From Candidatus Zixiibacteriota bacterium (GTDB taxonomy: Bacteria; Zixibacteria; MSB-5A5; GN15; FEB-12), in the NCBI GenBank assembly GCA_041742355.1, contig JBGSIV010000245.1:1-10496 (forward strand): a stretch of DNA of 10,496 nucleotides, in the 5' to 3' direction. A program made the position numbers and the translations under genes. How positions within the stretch are numbered: position 1 is the stretch's first letter; each line of letters starts with the position of its first letter. Under the pieces are notes generated by a model. That model had not been told where the DNA came from. It saw only the letters and a list, made by a program, of their open reading frames with translations, and ran no database searches. Below, one piece after another: positions 7,258 to 10,496 of the stretch.

Positions 7258-7905
7258 ATGCGGCGCGAAATACCCCTCCTGATCACTGGCATTGTCGGCA
7301 TCGTCTTCATCGTCCAGTACTTCATCCCACACTACCCGTTCGGACGCATGTCGGACTGGTTCTCCGACTGGTTCAGCATCGTTGCCTCCTGCGCCATCCT
7401 CCTCGGCGCCCTGAACCTCATGAAAATGTCCGTCCTCAAAGTGATCTCGCGCAAAGGCGACTGGATCTACGCGCTCATCACCATCGCCTGCTTCGCGCTC
7501 ATCACCGTCATCGGGCTCGCCGAAGGACGCGACTTCCGCGACACGGGCACCGGCTTCTCATGGCTGTATGACTACGTCTACTCGCCGCTGTCCTCCACCA
7601 TGTTCGCCATCCTCGCCTTCTTCGTCGCCTCGGCTTCCTACCGCGCCTTCCGCGCCCGGAACTTCGAAGCGACTCTCCTTCTGCTGGCGGCGTTCTTCGT
7701 CATGCTGGGACGCGTCCCGGTCGGCGATGTCCTCACCGGCTTCCTGCCGGAATCCATGCAGATGTCCCACCTGGCCACCTGGATCATGAACATCCCCAAC
7801 ACCGCCGGCCAGCGCGCCATCATGATCGGCATCGCCCTCGGCCTCGTCTCGACATCCGTGCGCATCATCCTCGGCATCGAACGCTCTTACCTGGGAGGGG
7901 AGTAG
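7258..7905 (+). CDS. Conserved hypothetical integral membrane protein (~6 TM, 215 aa)
   Basis: Starts 1 nt after the upstream TGA. About six hydrophobic segments, with PLSSTMFAILAFFVASASYRAFR and GQRAIMIGIALG...RIILGIER motifs. Codon usage is GC3-rich. Confidence 0.85.
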   Translation: MRREIPLLITGIVGIVFIVQYFIPHYPFGRMSDWFSDWFSIVASCAILLGALNLMKMSVLKVISRKGDWIYALITIACFALITVIGLAEGRDFRDTGTGFSWLYDYVYSPLSSTMFAILAFFVASASYRAFRARNFEATLLLLAAFFVMLGRVPVGDVLTGFLPESMQMSHLATWIMNIPNTAGQRAIMIGIALGLVSTSVRIILGIERSYLGGE

Positions 7906-7908
7906 GCC

Positions 7909-8928
7909 GTGAACGAACCCGCCACCAAACATCGCATCCCCGAATTCATCGTCGGTGCCGTCCTGCTGCTGCTGGCTATTGTCGCGTACATCGGACGGCG
8001 CGCCGACTGGTTCCCGCCGATCGTCCTCGGAACCGCAGCCTCCGTCGTCGTCATCATCCTGATCGCGGCCTCGCTCGCCTGGATCCTCATACGAACTATC
8101 CAGGGCCATCAGGCCGAACGGCGCATCGTCTACCTCTACATCGGTATCGCCGTGACCCTGCCCCTCTTCATGAGCCTCACCCAGAAAATCAGCATCTCCC
8201 CGGAAGTGCAGACACTCTACAACGGCTTGGCCGCACTGCCGCCCGGCTCCAAAGTCCTCGCCACTTTCGACTACGATCCCCCCTCGGCCCCGGAACTCCA
8301 GCCCATGGCCGAGACCTTCTTCCGCTACGCTTTCCACAACGACCTCAAAGTCATCGTCATCGGACTCTGGCCGCAGGGCCCCCAGCAGGCCAACCTCGCC
8401 CTCAACAAGATTCTCGCCGAAGACGAATTCAAACAGATGAACCTCCGCTACGGCGTCGACTACGTCAACCTCGGCTTCCAGTCCGGCAACGAATTCGTCA
8501 TCCAGCGCATGGGCTCGAGCATCCGTTCCATGTTCCCGGCCGACATCTACGGCACCCCGTACGACAGCCTCCCGCTGGTTCGCAATGTCCGCAACTTCAG
8601 CAACATCGATTACTCCTTCAACCTGTCCGCCGGATACCCCGGCACCAAGGAATGGGTGCTCGTCGCCGTCGATCGCTACGGCCTCAACCTCGGCGCGGGA
8701 AACACCGCCGTCCAGGTCACCGAAATGTACCCCTACGTCCGCTCCGGACAGATCATCGGTATCCTCGGCGGTATGAACGGCGCGGCCGAATTCGAAAAGA
8801 TCACCGACCAGATCGACAAGGGCACCCGCTTCATGCTCTCGCAGTCTTTCGCCCACATGGTCGTCATCGCCTTCATTTTCATCGGCAACGTGGCCTACTT
8901 CACCATCGAACGGAAAGGGAAGAGGTAG
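7909..8928 (+). CDS. Membrane protein with 3 N-terminal TMs, a ~220-aa soluble alpha/beta domain (probably extracytoplasmic) and a C-terminal TM (339 aa)
   Basis: GTG start follows GGAGGGGAG (7894-7902). Hydrophobic segments lie at about aa 11-28, 36-60, 72-88 and 315-331. Soluble motifs are FDYDPPSAPELQP, YGVDYVNLGF, SAGYPG and GILGGMNGAAEFE. Basic tail ERKGKR. Confidence 0.85.
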   Translation: MNEPATKHRIPEFIVGAVLLLLAIVAYIGRRADWFPPIVLGTAASVVVIILIAASLAWILIRTIQGHQAERRIVYLYIGIAVTLPLFMSLTQKISISPEVQTLYNGLAALPPGSKVLATFDYDPPSAPELQPMAETFFRYAFHNDLKVIVIGLWPQGPQQANLALNKILAEDEFKQMNLRYGVDYVNLGFQSGNEFVIQRMGSSIRSMFPADIYGTPYDSLPLVRNVRNFSNIDYSFNLSAGYPGTKEWVLVAVDRYGLNLGAGNTAVQVTEMYPYVRSGQIIGILGGMNGAAEFEKITDQIDKGTRFMLSQSFAHMVVIAFIFIGNVAYFTIERKGKR

Positions 8929-8934
8929 CCGGCC

Positions 8935-9600
8935 ATGGAAGGCGGATTCATGAACCACTTCGCGCTCTGGGTCGCGGCCCTGCTCACCCTTGGCATAGTC
9001 TCGTTCCTCTACCGCGATAACCCCTGGTACAAAGTGTGCGAGGCAATCTTCGTCGGCATCTCCGCCGGCTACTGGTTCGTCACCTACGTGTGGGACAACC
9101 TCGTCGGCAAATTCTGGGAAGGCATTTTTCCCCCCGCCGGCGCCGAACGCTCGCCCGACTGGTTCATGCTCCTCTTCGGCGGCTTCCTCGGCCTGCTCAT
9201 GCTCATGCGCCTGTTCCCCAAAATCGGCTGGGTGTCGCGCTGGCCGCTGGCCTTCATCGTCGGCGCCACCGCCGGCCTCTACCTGGTCACCTACTTCGCC
9301 TCCAACGTCATGGTCCAGATCGAGGACACCCTCCGCCCGCTGCTCGGCGAAAACTACGACGCCTCCTTCGCCGACGTCGTCGGCAACACGGTCGTCTTCA
9401 TCGGCACCTTCTCCGGCCTCGTGTACTTCTTCTTCAGCAAAGAACACACCGGCGCCTTCGGCAAAACGGCCCGGGTCGGCATCTTCTTCTTGATGGTCAC
9501 CTTCGGAGCCTCTTTCGGATACACCGTCATGAGCCGTATGTCGCTCCTGATTGGACGCCTCGATTTCCTCTTCAGCGACTGGCTGGGGTTGATACAATGA
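8935..9600 (+). CDS. Conserved hypothetical integral membrane protein (~6 TM, 221 aa)
   Basis: ATG 8935 follows GGAAGAGG. About six hydrophobic segments, with SFLYRDNPWYK, VGISAGY, VGATAGL and FGASFGY motifs. Stop TGA at 9598-9600. Confidence 0.85.
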   Translation: MEGGFMNHFALWVAALLTLGIVSFLYRDNPWYKVCEAIFVGISAGYWFVTYVWDNLVGKFWEGIFPPAGAERSPDWFMLLFGGFLGLLMLMRLFPKIGWVSRWPLAFIVGATAGLYLVTYFASNVMVQIEDTLRPLLGENYDASFADVVGNTVVFIGTFSGLVYFFFSKEHTGAFGKTARVGIFFLMVTFGASFGYTVMSRMSLLIGRLDFLFSDWLGLIQ

Positions 9601-10496
9601 AGACGCACGGTCCGACAATATCGCCTCTCGGCCGGTCCTTCCGGCTCCTCCTGCTTGCCGCCCTGCTCCTCGGCGCAAACCTCACTTCCGCGCAGGAACT
9701 TCCCGACTCCGCCTCCCTCGACACTACCCTCGCCGCAGCCGACACCACCCCGATCATCGTCGCCCCGCCCACCTCCGTCATCGCCGAGGACCACGACTAC
9801 GATGACGGCGAGCGGCTCGACCTGCAGTGGATCCCCTCGATCGATGACCAGCCGGTCGACGGCACGGTGCTCGGCTACACCATATACCGCAGCGCGAACG
9901 GCGGCCCATTCGATTCCATCGGCGCCGTCGTGGCGCAGACCGCCGCTTACATCGACGACCAGTTGGAGCGGGACTCCACCTACCAGTACTATGTCGCCGC
10001 CGTCTCCGTCAATTCCTCCGCCGCGTCCCCCCGGACCCAGCCCATTTCCCCCGAGCGGGAGTGGATCAACTTCGGCCGCAAATGGCTCTTTGTCCTCGCG
10101 CTGGTCATCGGCGGCGCCGTGATCTACTTCATCCAGGCCGCCAAGTCCGGCCGGAACCTGTTTGTCCGACGCATCGCCGGCCTCGAGGCCGTCGACGAAG
10201 CCATCGGCCGCGCCACCGAAATGGGCCGCCCCATCCTCTACATACCCGGCATCCAGGACATGGACGACGTTCAGACCCTGGCTTCGATCACTATCCTCGG
10301 CCGCGTTGCCCAGCAGATCGCTACCTACGACACGAAGATTCGCATGCCCGTGTCCCGGTCACTCGTTATGACCGCCGGCCGCGAGACCATCAAAGCGGCC
10401 TATGCCGCCGCCGGCCGCCCCGACGCCTACACCGACGACATGGTGCAGTACGTGACCGACGAGCAGTTCGGCTATGTCGCCGCCGTCGACGGCATC
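9597..10496 (+). CDS. 3'-truncated FN3 + DUF6754-like membrane protein (paralog 2); absent from the supplied ORF track
   Basis: ATGA overlap with the upstream stop, then 300 open codons to the window end: MKTHGPTISPLGRSFRLLLLAALLLGANLTSA-QELPDSASLDTTL...PPTSVIAEDHDYDDGERLDLQW...YTIYRS...YQYYVAA...WLFVLALVIGGAVIYFI...FVRRIAGLEAVDEAIGRATEMG...TDEQFGYVAAVDGI. Confidence 0.9.
   Translation, partial: MKTHGPTISPLGRSFRLLLLAALLLGANLTSAQELPDSASLDTTLAAADTTPIIVAPPTSVIAEDHDYDDGERLDLQWIPSIDDQPVDGTVLGYTIYRSANGGPFDSIGAVVAQTAAYIDDQLERDSTYQYYVAAVSVNSSAASPRTQPISPEREWINFGRKWLFVLALVIGGAVIYFIQAAKSGRNLFVRRIAGLEAVDEAIGRATEMGRPILYIPGIQDMDDVQTLASITILGRVAQQIATYDTKIRMPVSRSLVMTAGRETIKAAYAAAGRPDAYTDDMVQYVTDEQFGYVAAVDGI

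Noticed and set aside
1801..9600. Rnf/Nqr-type redox complex suggested by the hybrid motif and membrane subunits
   Set aside because: No Fe-S cysteine clusters or heme CxxCH motifs were seen, and there is no proper (S/T)GAT flavinylation motif (only INGAT, GGAT and VGAT in other contexts).
7558..9678. 706-aa minus-strand ORF, and other long antisense ORFs (1675-2640, 2966-3730, 4018-4992, 4985-5812, 1058-1720, 6672-7325)
   Set aside because: They lie antisense to well-supported genes with RBSs and family motifs. Long shadow ORFs are expected with strong GC3 bias, and the translations show no recognisable domains.
9655..10371. Track ORFs 9655-10122 and 10162-10371 (Pro/Ser-rich)
   Set aside because: They are out-of-frame shadows of the real gene starting at 9597, which the track missed because it has no stop inside the window.
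1..10496. CRISPR arrays, tRNA/rRNA genes, transposases, integrases or defence genes
   Set aside because: No regularly spaced repeats, cloverleaf structures or mobile-element motifs were seen. The only long direct repeat is explained by the paralogous DUF6754-like genes.

Overview
GC-rich bacterial DNA, probably from the FCB superphylum (possibly a Zixibacteria-like lineage; inferred only from the NYPNPFN...RKMLLLK C-terminal domain and the lipoprotein style). From left to right: the 3' end of a secreted Asp-box beta-propeller protein with a FlgD-Ig/T9SS-like C-terminal domain, then a small lipoprotein, then a divergently transcribed locus of about 8.7 kb. The minus arm of that locus encodes a long GlmL-family (ASKHA/actin-fold) ATPase, an exported C-terminally anchored protein, and a barrel-sandwich-hybrid/KOW protein. 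The plus arm is a tightly coupled operon of membrane proteins: FN3+DUF6754-like paralog 1, a ~6-TM protein, a TM protein with a large soluble domain, a second ~6-TM protein, and FN3+DUF6754-like paralog 2, which runs off the window and is missing from the ORF track. No glutamate mutase subunits are in the window. The main candidate for an undescribed system is therefore an ATP-energised multi-subunit membrane machine built around an orphan GlmL-like ATPase. Family names are from motif recognition, not database searches.
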